A DNA stretch of 60,134 nt from an uncultured Pelagibacteraceae bacterium. Its GTDB lineage: Bacteria > Pseudomonadota > Alphaproteobacteria > Pelagibacterales > AG-422-B15. The stretch's first letter is position 1; each line of letters starts with the position of its first letter. Where the stretch lies: NCBI GenBank assembly GCA_902604225.1, contig CACKXV010000004.1, forward strand, positions 1 through 60,134, read 5' to 3'. Shown piece by piece: positions 18,324 to 29,646 of the stretch. The notes under the pieces were generated by a model that did not search any database, had not been told where the DNA came from, and saw only the letters and a list, made by a program, of their open reading frames with translations. Made by a program: the position numbers and the translations under genes.

Positions 18324-19760
18324 ATGACAAATAGTCGTCTCCTGAAAAAAATAAATTCAGACAAGATTAAGTACAAAGGTATCTGCTCTGACTCGAGAAT
18401 AATAAAGAAAGGCGACATTTTCTTTGCAATCCCGGGAAGTAATGCAGACGGGCTGAAGTATGTAAATGACGCAGTAGCTAAAGGTGCCTCTGCAATAGTT
18501 ATTCCAATTAAAAAAAAAATAAAGATTTCATCAAACATACCAATTTATAAGGTAAAAGATATTCGAAAAGAAATTTCTTTAGCTGCGTTCGTAGTCAATA
18601 GTGAAACAATAGAAAAAAAAATTGCTGTGACAGGAACAAATGGAAAAACATCAGTAACTTATTTTTTAAATTATATATTATTAAATTTAGGAGAAAAAAC
18701 TGCAACAATAGGTACGTTAGGTAATTCTCAGATAAAAAAACTTAATATTGAAAATCTAACTTCTCCTGAGCCAATTGACTTATCAAAACAGTTAAGAAAA
18801 TTAAGTAAAGATAAAATTAAATATCTTGTAATGGAAGCATCAAGTCATGGCTTACATCAAAAAAGGTTTTATGGATTAAAATTTGATGCTTGTGTACTTA
18901 CCAACATTTCACAAGATCACTTAGATTATCATAAAACTATGTCACATTACATAATGAGTAAACTCAAACTATTTTCTGATTATGTAAAAAAGGATAGTAA
19001 GATCATAGTTAACTCTGAAACTAAATATATTGATAGAGTTAAAAATTATTTAAAGAAAGAAAGTATTATTAGTCCAATCTATTTTCAGAAAAATAATAAA
19101 TTTAAAATAGTTAAGATAAAAAAAAATAAGCACAGCTCAACAATAGTCGATGTAAAATTTGGTAAAGAAATTAAAAAATTTAAGTTTGCTAACTTTCCAT
19201 TATTTCAAATACACAACTTCTTACTAGCAACATTAACGCTTTATTCTATGGGTCACAAATTAACTAAGATTCAAAAGTTAAGCCTAAAATGTCCTTCAGT
19301 GCCAGGTCGCATGGAATTTGTTGGGAATACAAGAAACAGTGCTTCTGTATATATTGATTTTGCGCACACACCTGATGCGCTTCAAAATGCTTTAATAGAA
19401 GGTAGAAATCTTTGCAAATCAGAGCTGCATGTCGTTTTTGGATGTGGTGGAAACAGAGATTACTCAAAACGTTCAATAATGGGAAAAATTGCTTCAAAAT
19501 ACGCAGATAATGTTGTTATCACTGATGATAATCCACGCTTTGAAAATGCAAAAAAAATTAGAAAAGAAATCATTGATGATTGCAAAAACTTTTTGGAAAT
19601 TTCAGATAGAAGAAAGGCAATAAAACATGCAATCAAGCAACTAAGAAAAGGAGATTTATTAATAATTGCAGGTAAGGGGCATGAAAAAAATCAAATTATT
19701 AATGGCAAAGCTTACCCCTTTGATGATGTAAAAATATCTAAAGGTTTCCTAAAATTATGA
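18324..19760 (+). CDS. murE: UDP-MurNAc-tripeptide synthetase (meso-DAP ligase)
   Basis: TGTNGKT, MEASSHGL, DHLDYH, DFAHTPD, DNPR (DAP specificity), GKGHE. Confidence 0.97.
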   Translation: MTNSRLLKKINSDKIKYKGICSDSRIIKKGDIFFAIPGSNADGLKYVNDAVAKGASAIVIPIKKKIKISSNIPIYKVKDIRKEISLAAFVVNSETIEKKIAVTGTNGKTSVTYFLNYILLNLGEKTATIGTLGNSQIKKLNIENLTSPEPIDLSKQLRKLSKDKIKYLVMEASSHGLHQKRFYGLKFDACVLTNISQDHLDYHKTMSHYIMSKLKLFSDYVKKDSKIIVNSETKYIDRVKNYLKKESIISPIYFQKNNKFKIVKIKKNKHSSTIVDVKFGKEIKKFKFANFPLFQIHNFLLATLTLYSMGHKLTKIQKLSLKCPSVPGRMEFVGNTRNSASVYIDFAHTPDALQNALIEGRNLCKSELHVVFGCGGNRDYSKRSIMGKIASKYADNVVITDDNPRFENAKKIRKEIIDDCKNFLEISDRRKAIKHAIKQLRKGDLLIIAGKGHEKNQIINGKAYPFDDVKISKGFLKL

Positions 19761-21133
19761 AAACGAGTCATATTTCAATTTCAGAGATTAATAATCTATT
19801 TAATACTAAGTACAGTGACATAAAAATTACAGGTGCATCACTTGACACAAGAACTTTAAAAAAAGGAAATATCTTTTTTGCAATTAAAGGAAAAAATAAT
19901 GATGGCCATAAATTTATTAATCAAGCAGAAAAAAAAGGAGCATCTATAGCATTTGTTAAAAAAATTAATTCTAAATCTAACCTTAAGCAAATTAAGGTAA
20001 AAAATACTCTATCTGCTTTATCATCCCTTGCTAGATACTACAGATCCTTACTAAATACTCAAATTATTGGAATTACAGGCAGTGTAGGAAAAACTGGAAC
20101 TAAGGATGCGATTTCGTTTATTTTAAAGGAGCATAAAAATATTTTTTGCTCAAGACAGTCTTACAACAATAAATATGGAATGCCATTAGAAATTTTAAAT
20201 ATGCCAAGAAAAACAAAATTTGGTTTTTTCGAATTAGGTATGAATCATTTTGGAGAGATAAAAAGCTTAGTAAAAATATTAAAGCCAAATATTTCTATTA
20301 TTTTAAATATTGAAAACGTACACTTAGGAAATTTTAAATCTTTAAAAGAGATTGCTGCAGCAAAAAGTGAAATCTTTACATCTTCAGAAAATATTGATTC
20401 ACTAATTCTTAATAAAGAGACCAATCATTATAATTTGTTATATAGATACTATAAAAATACTAAGATAAAAAATATTTATAATTATAGCAAAAAAAATAAT
20501 TCAAATGTCTATATAATAGAAAGAAAGGTAACAAAAAAAATTATACAGCTCAAAGTTAGTCTTCCAGGAGACAAATTAATTAGTTTTGGTGTCAGAATTG
20601 ATCAGGAAAATCTAATCGATAACTGCTTAGCAATTCTTACTTGCTTACATGCACTTAAGATTGACCATAGATTTATTAAAAAGTTTAAAAACGTACCCTT
20701 TACCAGTGGGCGAGGAAATATGATTAGATGTAAATATAATAGTCACAAACTTAAGCTTTATGACCATTCATATAATGCGAGCCCAATTTCGATGAAGCAA
20801 ACAATTGATATATTTGATAGCTTAAAAGAGAAGAATATTGTTTATTTGATTGGTGATATGAATGAACTGGGTCAAAAGGCTAGTTTCTACCATAGTAATC
20901 TAATTAAGTTTTTAAATAAGAAAAAATTTGAAAAATGTTTATTTATTGGAAAGCATTTCAAAAAGTTAGAAAACAAAATACGAAATAATAAGATTTCTTT
21001 TTATAAAGACATCAATCAGGTTATCGACAATCTTGACGAAATAATGGAGAGTAATTATACAATTTTTGCTAAAGGATCTAATTCAATTAACATAAGAAGA
21101 TTAATCAGTCATCTTAAACAAGAAAACGTATGA
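19757..21133 (+). CDS. murF: UDP-MurNAc-tripeptide--D-Ala-D-Ala ligase
   Basis: GITGSVGKT, ELGMNHFGEI, SYNASP, GDMNELG, AKGS. Confidence 0.95.
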   Translation: MKTSHISISEINNLFNTKYSDIKITGASLDTRTLKKGNIFFAIKGKNNDGHKFINQAEKKGASIAFVKKINSKSNLKQIKVKNTLSALSSLARYYRSLLNTQIIGITGSVGKTGTKDAISFILKEHKNIFCSRQSYNNKYGMPLEILNMPRKTKFGFFELGMNHFGEIKSLVKILKPNISIILNIENVHLGNFKSLKEIAAAKSEIFTSSENIDSLILNKETNHYNLLYRYYKNTKIKNIYNYSKKNNSNVYIIERKVTKKIIQLKVSLPGDKLISFGVRIDQENLIDNCLAILTCLHALKIDHRFIKKFKNVPFTSGRGNMIRCKYNSHKLKLYDHSYNASPISMKQTIDIFDSLKEKNIVYLIGDMNELGQKASFYHSNLIKFLNKKKFEKCLFIGKHFKKLENKIRNNKISFYKDINQVIDNLDEIMESNYTIFAKGSNSINIRRLISHLKQENV

Positions 21134-22212
21134 TATTATATATTTTAGAATACTTAAATATCCCAAGCTTATATAATTTCTTCAATTATCTGACTGTAAG
21201 AACTGGCTTCGCTCTTTTTACTTCTTTCTTCTTCATATTGTTATTTGGTCCTGCATTAATTAATAAGATAAGTTCTTATCAGTCTATTGGACAGCCTATT
21301 AGGGAAGACGGTCCAGAGTCTCATATAATAGCTAAAAAAGGAACGCCTACCATGGGTGGAATCATCATATTGTTGTCCATTATTGGATCTATTTTGCTTT
21401 GGGTAAACCCAGAAAGTTTTATATCTTGGCCTGTTATATTTATTCTAGTTTCTTTTGGCTTAATTGGATTTGCAGATGATTTAAGTAAAGTTAAAAATAA
21501 TTCAAGCAAAGGTATTTCTGCCAAAATAAGAATATTTCTTCAAATTATTGTCTCACTAATTTTTATATATTGGATAACTAAACACCATCACATTGATATT
21601 AAGCTTTTATCATTACCTTTTTTAAAAGATATTTTTATTAATTTAGGTCTGTTTGCAGTACCGTTTATTCTAATCGTTATCTTGGGATCAGCAAACGCAG
21701 TAAATTTAACTGATGGTCTAGACGGGCTTGCAATCGTTCCTGTAATGATTGTTGCAGCAACATTCGCTGTAATTTGTTATTTGGCTGGCAATATAATTTT
21801 TGCTGAATATTTATACATAAATTATTTGCCTGGGGCGGGTGAGCTTACTGTATTGTGTGCGGCAATAATAGGATCAGCGCTAGGTTTTTTATGGTATAAT
21901 GCTCCTCCTGCAATGGTGTTTATGGGAGACACAGGCTCACTTTCATTAGGAGCAGCATTAGGCTCGATTAGTATTTTATTAAAACAGGAAATAGTTTTAG
22001 CAATTGTTGGAGGTATTTTTGTTGCTGAAGCAATATCTGTAATATTACAAGTCTCATCATTTAAATTAACTGGAAAAAGAATTTTTAAAATGGCACCATT
22101 ACATCATCATTTTGAAAAAAATGGTCTACCAGAATCAAAAATAGTTATTCGTTTTTGGATTGTTGCGATAATTTTAGCACTAATTGGGCTGGCGACACTT
22201 AAAATCAGATAA
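21130..22212 (+). CDS. mraY: Phospho-MurNAc-pentapeptide transferase
   Basis: KKGTPTMGG, NAVNLTDGLDGL, FMGDTGS, MAPLHHHFE. Confidence 0.98.
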   Translation: MILYILEYLNIPSLYNFFNYLTVRTGFALFTSFFFILLFGPALINKISSYQSIGQPIREDGPESHIIAKKGTPTMGGIIILLSIIGSILLWVNPESFISWPVIFILVSFGLIGFADDLSKVKNNSSKGISAKIRIFLQIIVSLIFIYWITKHHHIDIKLLSLPFLKDIFINLGLFAVPFILIVILGSANAVNLTDGLDGLAIVPVMIVAATFAVICYLAGNIIFAEYLYINYLPGAGELTVLCAAIIGSALGFLWYNAPPAMVFMGDTGSLSLGAALGSISILLKQEIVLAIVGGIFVAEAISVILQVSSFKLTGKRIFKMAPLHHHFEKNGLPESKIVIRFWIVAIILALIGLATLKIR

Positions 22213-22216
22213 ATAG

Positions 22217-23539
22217 ATGATTAAACTAAAATCATTTAAAAATAAATATTTCCTTATTATTGGAATGGGTATTACAGGTATTTCTGTTTCCAATTCATTG
22301 CTTAAAGGTGGTGCAAATGTTTATTTCTGGGATGATGATCTTAATAAAAGAAAAGCATTAAGAAAAAAAGGTTATTATCTAGTTAATGATAAGAATATAA
22401 CTAATATAGAATATATAATGCCAAGTCCTGGCATCGTTACTGCAGGAAAAAATGCACATAAATACATTAAAAGACTAAAATCTAAAAAATGTAAGATAAT
22501 TAGTGAACTTGATTTATTTCAACTTTATATAAATAGCATAAATAAATTAAAAAAAATTAAGATTATCGGTATCACTGGAACTAACGGAAAATCTACAACT
22601 GTTTCCATGATTCATCATTCATTAAAAAAAAATAACATTAACTCAGTTTTGATAGGTAATATTGGACAGCCTCTATTTTCTTCAAAAAAGTTAAATCATG
22701 GTGTCTATATCTTAGAACTTTCATCATATCAGCTTGAGCAAGCAAAAATATTTAAGCCAGATATATCATGTATTTTAAACTTAACGCCAGATCATTTAGA
22801 TCGTCACATTACAATGCATAAGTATGCTACCGCTAAGTGCAATATATTTCAGAATATAAGTGCAAGAAATGTTTGTTACTATGATTCCAATAAAAATATA
22901 AAAAAAATTGCTACTACAAATTTAGATATGAAAAAACTTAAACTGCTAGTACCCGTAAAAAAAATTAGTAGCAGTTTTAAAAATAATAAAAAAATTAGCT
23001 TGATATCAAAAAAACACAATATGCAGAACTTATATTTTTCTTTTTTAATATTAAAAAAATTAGGTTTAAAGACGTCAGATATTTATAAATCTTTCTCTTC
23101 ATTTAGTGGACTGCCTCACAGACAAGAGATAATTTTAAAAAGAAAGAATTTTATTGTAATAAATGATTCTAAATCAACAAATTTTGAGTCTTTAGTGCCA
23201 GCATTAAATAACTACAAGAATATAATTTTGATTTGTGGAGGACAAATTAAAAGTAATAAAATAAATATATTAAATAAAAATCGACACAATGTTATTAAGG
23301 CCATTGTAATAGGTGAGACTAAAAATATTTTTTTCAATTATTTTAATAAGTATGTGGATACCTCATATGTAAAAAACCTAAATAAGGCAGTTAAAATGTC
23401 ATTATCAATAGCAAATATTGTGAACGAGCATTGCACCATTTTATTTAGTCCTGGAGCAGCATCGTTTGATCAATACAATAATTTTGAAGAAAGAGGAGAT
23501 GATTTTAGAAGAAAAATTAAGGCTGAGATTTTAAAATGA
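22217..23539 (+). CDS. murD: UDP-MurNAc-L-Ala--D-Glu ligase
   Basis: TGTNGKST, LELSSYQL, DHLDRH, NDSKSTN, SPGAASFDQY. Confidence 0.97.
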   Translation: MIKLKSFKNKYFLIIGMGITGISVSNSLLKGGANVYFWDDDLNKRKALRKKGYYLVNDKNITNIEYIMPSPGIVTAGKNAHKYIKRLKSKKCKIISELDLFQLYINSINKLKKIKIIGITGTNGKSTTVSMIHHSLKKNNINSVLIGNIGQPLFSSKKLNHGVYILELSSYQLEQAKIFKPDISCILNLTPDHLDRHITMHKYATAKCNIFQNISARNVCYYDSNKNIKKIATTNLDMKKLKLLVPVKKISSSFKNNKKISLISKKHNMQNLYFSFLILKKLGLKTSDIYKSFSSFSGLPHRQEIILKRKNFIVINDSKSTNFESLVPALNNYKNIILICGGQIKSNKINILNKNRHNVIKAIVIGETKNIFFNYFNKYVDTSYVKNLNKAVKMSLSIANIVNEHCTILFSPGAASFDQYNNFEERGDDFRRKIKAEILK

Positions 23540-24642
23540 CTAAGCCGCAAATAGAAAAATCTATTATAACTGATTGGATTTATGAAATTAATAAACCAAT
23601 ATTTTTTTGTGTACTTGTACTTATTGCAATTGGACTATTTATAAGTCTTACGATCAATCCTGGTACATCAAGGTATTTAAACAATAATCTTTTTTCATAC
23701 TTTAATATTCAGGCACTTTATTTATTGTCTGGTTTTATTATATTCATTTTATTTTCGTTTATTAATTATGAACGAATATCAAGTATATCAATATTTGTGT
23801 TTATAATTTTAATAGTTGTTTTATTTTTAACATTAATTTATGGAGTTGAGATAAAAGGATCGAAGAGATGGATTAATCTAAAATATTTCACAATCATGCC
23901 TATTGAATTAATTAAACCATTTTACTGTATCGTGCTTGCAGCTATTTTAAATAACCCAAGTTTAAGAAATAGTTTTAGAAGTTATGCACTTAGTTTCAGT
24001 ATTTATGCATTGATGGCTTCAATATTAGTTTTTCAGCCAGACATCAGTCAATTATTTCTTGTTTCAGCAATATACTTTTCATCCATATTTATGAGTGGAT
24101 TTAGTATAATTGTTCTTGCATCGATAATTTTTGTTGGTGGTATATTTTTTGTTTTTATTTATTTATTTAATTTCAATGTACAAAATCGAATTAATGCTTT
24201 TCTAGCGCCTAATGATTATGATGCAACACAGACTGAATTATCACTTCAGGCAATCAAACAGGGTGGCTTCATAGGTGTAGGTCCAGGAAATGGTGTATTA
24301 AAAAATAAAATTCCTGAAGCGAATTCAGATTATATATTCTCTGTTATTGCAGAAGAGTATGGTTTATTAGGATGCCTAATAATTTTAGCAATATTTTTTA
24401 TTATTTCTTATCAAGGATTCAGAAAAATATACAGTAGCAATAACCACTTTATACAAATAAGTTTATTTACCTTAATAATATATTTTTGCCTTCAAGCCCT
24501 TATTCATATTGGAGTCAATATTAGACTGCTTCCAACAACTGGTATAACACTTCCTTTTATTAGTTATGGGGGCTCATCTGTTATAGGTATGTCAATCACA
24601 TGTGGCTTAATATTATTATTATCTAAAAATAGACATAGTTAA
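23536..24642 (+). CDS. ftsW: SEDS peptidoglycan polymerase FtsW
   Basis: KGSKRWI, QPD, PEANSDYIF, LPFISYGGSS; position in dcw. Confidence 0.95.
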   Translation: MTKPQIEKSIITDWIYEINKPIFFCVLVLIAIGLFISLTINPGTSRYLNNNLFSYFNIQALYLLSGFIIFILFSFINYERISSISIFVFIILIVVLFLTLIYGVEIKGSKRWINLKYFTIMPIELIKPFYCIVLAAILNNPSLRNSFRSYALSFSIYALMASILVFQPDISQLFLVSAIYFSSIFMSGFSIIVLASIIFVGGIFFVFIYLFNFNVQNRINAFLAPNDYDATQTELSLQAIKQGGFIGVGPGNGVLKNKIPEANSDYIFSVIAEEYGLLGCLIILAIFFIISYQGFRKIYSSNNHFIQISLFTLIIYFCLQALIHIGVNIRLLPTTGITLPFISYGGSSVIGMSITCGLILLLSKNRHS

Positions 24643-24657
24643 TGAGTAAAAAATAGC

Positions 24658-25716
24658 ATGAAAAAATTCTTTCTTGTTGGCGGTGGAACGGGCGGTCATT
24701 GCATACCCATGAGTGTATTATATTCTGAGATAATTAAAGAAAACGAATGCTATATTTTAACAGATGAAAGAGGGCAAAAATACTTTAAAGATATTTCAGT
24801 TAAGAAAAAAATATTAATAAAGAATCTAATTAATAAGCAAGGTAAAATCTCTAATTTGATTAATCTTCCATATATTTTTATTCAGTCAATTCCTTTTTAT
24901 TTAAGATTAAGACCTGATTTTGTCTTAGGCTTTGGTGGCTATTTTACTGTCCCTATCATAATTGCAGGATGGTTAATGCGGTTTAAAATCTTTTTACACG
25001 AAGGCAATGCGATTATCGGCAAAGCAAATAGATTTTTATTAAACTTTACTAAGGATCTACTAACAAGTTTTGAAAATACTTTAATCTCTGGAAAGAAAAT
25101 AAATATTAATAATAAAATGGTTGGCCTTCCTATAAGAATAAATAAAGATGATAAAGTTTTAAATAATAATTCTAGTAATGATTTTGTGATAAGTGTAATA
25201 GGCGGTAGCCAAGGAGCACATAATTTATCTATTAATATTGCTGAGTCCATTAAGAGTGTCCAGGATAACAGCGAAAAGAGGATTATAGTTTATCATCAGT
25301 GTAGATCAGAGGATTTAGAGCGTTTACAAGCTTACTATCAGTCTCATAATATCAATAATGATGTAAGAGTATTTTTTGATGAAATGGCACAAGTACTGTC
25401 AAAATCTAATTTAGTAATTTCAAGGTCAGGTTCATCAACAGTCAATGAAATTATATATTATTGTATTCCTTCAATACTGATACCTTATCCACATGCGTCG
25501 GATAATCATCAATATTATAATGCAAAAAACTTGAATACATCAGAATGCACAAAAATTATTTCCAACGACTCTGTAAATTTAGAAAATATTATTAATTCAA
25601 TTAATGAAATAATGAATGATAATGAAAGAGTGAATTTAATCAAAAACCGCTTGAAATCCAGACGCATAATTAATCCATCTAAAAACATAATAGATTATCT
25701 AGAAAGCCATTCGTGA
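24658..25716 (+). CDS. murG: Lipid II GlcNAc transferase MurG
   Basis: GGGTGGH, GFGGY, HEGNAIIGKANR, GGSQGA, SRSGSST, HQYYNA. Confidence 0.96.
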   Translation: MKKFFLVGGGTGGHCIPMSVLYSEIIKENECYILTDERGQKYFKDISVKKKILIKNLINKQGKISNLINLPYIFIQSIPFYLRLRPDFVLGFGGYFTVPIIIAGWLMRFKIFLHEGNAIIGKANRFLLNFTKDLLTSFENTLISGKKININNKMVGLPIRINKDDKVLNNNSSNDFVISVIGGSQGAHNLSINIAESIKSVQDNSEKRIIVYHQCRSEDLERLQAYYQSHNINNDVRVFFDEMAQVLSKSNLVISRSGSSTVNEIIYYCIPSILIPYPHASDNHQYYNAKNLNTSECTKIISNDSVNLENIINSINEIMNDNERVNLIKNRLKSRRIINPSKNIIDYLESHS

Positions 25717-27104
25717 AAATTAACAAAAATATATTGATACATATAATTGGAATTGGTGGAATTGGCATGAGCGGTATTGCCGAAATATTATCAGATATGC
25801 GGTATCATGTTCAGGGCAGTGATATAAATATTAACTCAAACATACTTCGCTTAAACAAAAAAAATATTAAGACTTTCAAAGGGCATAAACAAGAAAATTT
25901 AAAAAATGTTAACTTAATTGTATATTCTACAGCTGTAAAAAAAAGTAATGTTGAATTAACATTTGCAAAAAAAAATAAAATTCCATCAATAACAAGAGCG
26001 GAAATACTATCTCAAATAGTAAAACTAAAAAATTCAATTGCTATTTCAGGATCTCATGGAAAAACAACAACTACGTCTCTTATTTCTTCAATTTTGAATG
26101 CTGCGAAAATGAACCCAACGGTAATTAATGGAGGTATTATTAATCAGTTCGGTACAAATACAAGACTAGGTTCAGGAAAGTGGATGGTTGTTGAAGCAGA
26201 TGAGTCAGATGGTACTTTTGTAAAACTACCTTCAACTATTGCTGTAGTAACTAATATTGATAAAGAACATCTAGATTTCTATAAAAATTATAATAATTTA
26301 CTAATTCAATTTAAAAAATTCATTACGCAAGTTCCATTTTATGGATTTGCCATAGTATGTATCGATGACCCATCAATAAGAAAAATAGTAAATAAGATTA
26401 CAACAACAAATATAATTACATACGGAGAGACTGAAAACTGTGACATACAGAGTAAAAAAATAAGGCACAATAGTAATGGAGTAGTTTTTAATGTTGAGTT
26501 AAAAAAAATTAATAAAACAATTAAAAATATAAGTTTACCTATGCACGGTAATTATAATATTAGTAATGCTTTAGCTGCTATAGCACTCGCTTCAGAACTC
26601 AATGTAAATCATGGCACAATAAAGAAAGCCTTATCTAAATTCAGTGGTGTACAAAGAAGACTTACGCAACTATGGAACAAAAAAAATGTTAACGTTATAG
26701 ATGACTATGCCCATCACCCAACAGAAATTAAGAACGTTATAAAGGGTCTGAGTCATTCAAATCCAAAAAGAAAACTTATTATCATTTTTCAGCCTCATAG
26801 ATATTCACGACTGATACATTTAAAAAAGGAATTTAGTAAATGTTTCGTGGAATGTGACCAGGTCTTTGTATCGAATGTTTATTCGGCAGGAGAAAAGATG
26901 CCACACAATTTTAAATTACAATCACTCATAAAAGGTATTAAAAAAAATTCTAAAGTTAATACAGAGGCCTATGAAAATGATGAGCAGCTGCTTAAATTAA
27001 TTAAATCCAGTAACGACAAACTCACTTTTTTATTTCTGGGCGCAGGAACAGTAACTCAGTGGGCTGCAGATTTTGCTAAAAATTTAAAAAAAATATATGA
27101 ATGA
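25713..27104 (+). CDS. murC: UDP-MurNAc--L-Ala ligase
   Basis: GIGGIGMSG, GSHGKTTT, EADESD, DDYAHHPTE, FQPHRYSR. Confidence 0.98.
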   Translation: MKINKNILIHIIGIGGIGMSGIAEILSDMRYHVQGSDININSNILRLNKKNIKTFKGHKQENLKNVNLIVYSTAVKKSNVELTFAKKNKIPSITRAEILSQIVKLKNSIAISGSHGKTTTTSLISSILNAAKMNPTVINGGIINQFGTNTRLGSGKWMVVEADESDGTFVKLPSTIAVVTNIDKEHLDFYKNYNNLLIQFKKFITQVPFYGFAIVCIDDPSIRKIVNKITTTNIITYGETENCDIQSKKIRHNSNGVVFNVELKKINKTIKNISLPMHGNYNISNALAAIALASELNVNHGTIKKALSKFSGVQRRLTQLWNKKNVNVIDDYAHHPTEIKNVIKGLSHSNPKRKLIIIFQPHRYSRLIHLKKEFSKCFVECDQVFVSNVYSAGEKMPHNFKLQSLIKGIKKNSKVNTEAYENDEQLLKLIKSSNDKLTFLFLGAGTVTQWAADFAKNLKKIYE

Positions 27105-28020
27105 GAACCAACAAATTCTAAATGAAATATTTTTAAGAAATAAAGTTAAAGGTAAATACAAATTTGATTATAATTTATCTAAACATAGTTGGTTTGGAGT
27201 TGGAGGTAATGCCGAAATCTTTTATATTCCCTCAAGTTTTGACGAATTGCAGTTAGTGCTTACTGCGAAAGCAGAAGATATAGATGTCTCAGTTATTGGT
27301 TTAGGTTCAAATATAATTATTAGAGACGGAGGTATTGCAGGCCTTGTCATCAGATTAGGTAATGAATTTAGCAATATTTATCATGATAAAAATATGGTTT
27401 TTGCAGGAGCGGCTGTGCAAGATAAGATTTTATCAAAATATTGCCTGAAGAATTCAATAATTGGGTTTGAATTTTATTCTGGAATACCTGGTTCTGTAGG
27501 AGGGGCTACATGCATGAATGCGGGGTGTTTCGGATCTGAGACTAAGGATATTTTCATTAAGGCAAAATGCTTGAGTAATCAGGGAGAGCCCATAGAAATG
27601 AATTATTCTGAAGAATTATTTTCTTACAGAAAAAATAATTTTTTAGATAAACACATAGTCTGCGAGGTTCAATTCAATAAAGAAATTGGAGATCCATTAA
27701 TAATTAATAAAAGAATCGTTGAAATAAATGATCAAAGAAAAGAAACTCAACCTCAAAAAGTGATGACTGCTGGAAGTACATTCAAAAATCCTTTTGATCG
27801 TAGCGAGCTCAAAGCTTGGCAATTAATCGATAAAGCTGGATTAAGAGAATATGAATTAAATGGAGTTTCATTCTCAGAAAAACATGCAAATTTTATAGTC
27901 AACAGACAGAAAGACTCTGCTAATTTAATTGAAGATTTTGGTGAAAATATAAAAAAAGAAGTAAAGAGTAGATTGGGCATTGAATTAGAGTGGGAAATTA
28001 AAATTTTGGGTAATAGATGA
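27097..28020 (+). CDS. murB: UDP-N-acetylenolpyruvoylglucosamine reductase
   Basis: GLGSN, GIPGSVGG, MNAG, FSYR, AGSTFKNP, SEKHANF. Confidence 0.97.
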   Translation: MNENQQILNEIFLRNKVKGKYKFDYNLSKHSWFGVGGNAEIFYIPSSFDELQLVLTAKAEDIDVSVIGLGSNIIIRDGGIAGLVIRLGNEFSNIYHDKNMVFAGAAVQDKILSKYCLKNSIIGFEFYSGIPGSVGGATCMNAGCFGSETKDIFIKAKCLSNQGEPIEMNYSEELFSYRKNNFLDKHIVCEVQFNKEIGDPLIINKRIVEINDQRKETQPQKVMTAGSTFKNPFDRSELKAWQLIDKAGLREYELNGVSFSEKHANFIVNRQKDSANLIEDFGENIKKEVKSRLGIELEWEIKILGNR

Positions 28021-28928
28021 GTATATTCAATAAAGTTATGTTGCTTTATGGAGGAGTATCGGCAGAAAGAGAAATAAGTATCTTAACTTCTAAAGAAATA
28101 TCTAGGGCGCTTGTGAGATTAGGCTATGAGGTAATTGAAATTGATGCAGACTTAGATCTTTCAGATCACATCTCTGAACATAAGCCAGATGTAATATTTA
28201 ATAGCTTACATGGCACATGGGGAGAAGATGGAGAGGTTCAAAAAATTCTTGAATTAAATAATGTACCCTATACGCATTCAGGAATTAAAGCTTCTCAATT
28301 AGCAATGGATAAATATAAGTCTGCAGAACTATTTATTAAAAATAATTTTAATTACCCAATAACTAATCTGGTGAATATTAATAATATTAACGAACACGCA
28401 TTTCCTGAGTATCCATTCGTTATGAAACCTAGAAACGAAGGCTCCAGTGTAGGCGTCGGAATAATCAGGAATCAAGAAGAAAAAAAAAGATATTTCATGG
28501 ATAACTCAGATAGAAATGAGATTCTAGTTCAAGAGTTTATAGATGGCCAAGAAATAAATGTTGCTGTAATAGGAAATGAAAAGGTTGGCTCAATAGAGAT
28601 TGATCCAAAAAATGAATTCTATGACTATGAGTCAAAGTATTTTGATAACGGCAAGACTAAGCATATAATCCCACCAAGAATCGATAAAAATCAACTAGAA
28701 GAGGTAGAAGACCTAGCCTTAAAGGCGCATAAAATTCTTGGATGTAAAGGAATTTCAAGAACAGAGTTTATTTTGGAAAAAAATAGCAATCAGTTTTATA
28801 TTCTTGAACTCAATACTCAGCCAGGAATGACACCAACTTCATTAGTGCCAGAAATAGCAAAAGACAAGGGAATAGAATTTGATGAACTTATTAATTGGAT
28901 CTTAGAGGATGCAGGAACAAACCGTTAA
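28017..28928 (+). CDS. ddl: D-Ala--D-Ala ligase
   Basis: GGVSAEREIS, LHGTWGEDG, EGSSVG, FYDYESKY, LELNTQPGMT. Confidence 0.97.
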   Translation: MSIFNKVMLLYGGVSAEREISILTSKEISRALVRLGYEVIEIDADLDLSDHISEHKPDVIFNSLHGTWGEDGEVQKILELNNVPYTHSGIKASQLAMDKYKSAELFIKNNFNYPITNLVNINNINEHAFPEYPFVMKPRNEGSSVGVGIIRNQEEKKRYFMDNSDRNEILVQEFIDGQEINVAVIGNEKVGSIEIDPKNEFYDYESKYFDNGKTKHIIPPRIDKNQLEEVEDLALKAHKILGCKGISRTEFILEKNSNQFYILELNTQPGMTPTSLVPEIAKDKGIEFDELINWILEDAGTNR

Positions 28929-29646
28929 TTATTTAAATATTATATGTTCTATACTGATTACATTTTTTTTACTAATTTCAGTATTGATATATTATTTTCC
29001 AAACTTAGCATCAAAATATTTTATTTTATCTCAAATAACCATTAACGGTTCAGAAAAATCAAATATAAATATAATTAAAAAAGAAATATATAATCATACC
29101 TCTGATTTATTATCCTTAGATTTAAAAGAAATTAAAGAAATTCTTGAGCAAGAGCAATGGATCAAAAGAGTAAACCTAAAGAAAGTTTATCCATCCACAT
29201 TAGTATTAGACATTATTGAAAATGATCCATATGCAATTTTAAGAGATAAAGGTAAATATTATCTAGTTGATATTGATGGAACAATTATTACTGAGAAAAA
29301 TAAGGATTATGAACTTGAAAATTTTATTATTATTTCAGGGGATGAGTCTCCTTTAGCACTTAAAGGCCTTGTTAAGGAGCTGAATATTCATTTTTCTGAA
29401 CTGATTCCACAACTGAATAAATTAGATTTTATAGAGAGAAGAAGATGGAATATAACTTTAAAAAATAATTTATTAATAAAATTACCCGATTCAAAAATTA
29501 ATAAAGCACTAGAAAACTTAAAGAATCTATTTGTTAATGAAAAAGTATTGCAGAGCAATATAATTGAAATTGACTTAAGAATTGAGGGTAGGGCATCGTT
29601 GAAGGTAGATGAGGGAAAGATTAATTATGGATTAAATGATATCTAA
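28909..29646 (+). CDS. ftsQ: Cell division protein FtsQ
   Basis: TM, POTRA domain (WIKRVNLKKVYPSTL), RRWN, IDLR. Confidence 0.88.
   Translation: MQEQTVNYLNIICSILITFFLLISVLIYYFPNLASKYFILSQITINGSEKSNINIIKKEIYNHTSDLLSLDLKEIKEILEQEQWIKRVNLKKVYPSTLVLDIIENDPYAILRDKGKYYLVDIDGTIITEKNKDYELENFIIISGDESPLALKGLVKELNIHFSELIPQLNKLDFIERRRWNITLKNNLLIKLPDSKINKALENLKNLFVNEKVLQSNIIEIDLRIEGRASLKVDEGKINYGLNDI

Noticed and set aside
18324-27104. Very AT-rich, Lys-rich mur genes as a horizontally acquired block
   Set aside because: Canonical dcw order with overlapping starts and stops; better explained by AT drift in lowly expressed genes
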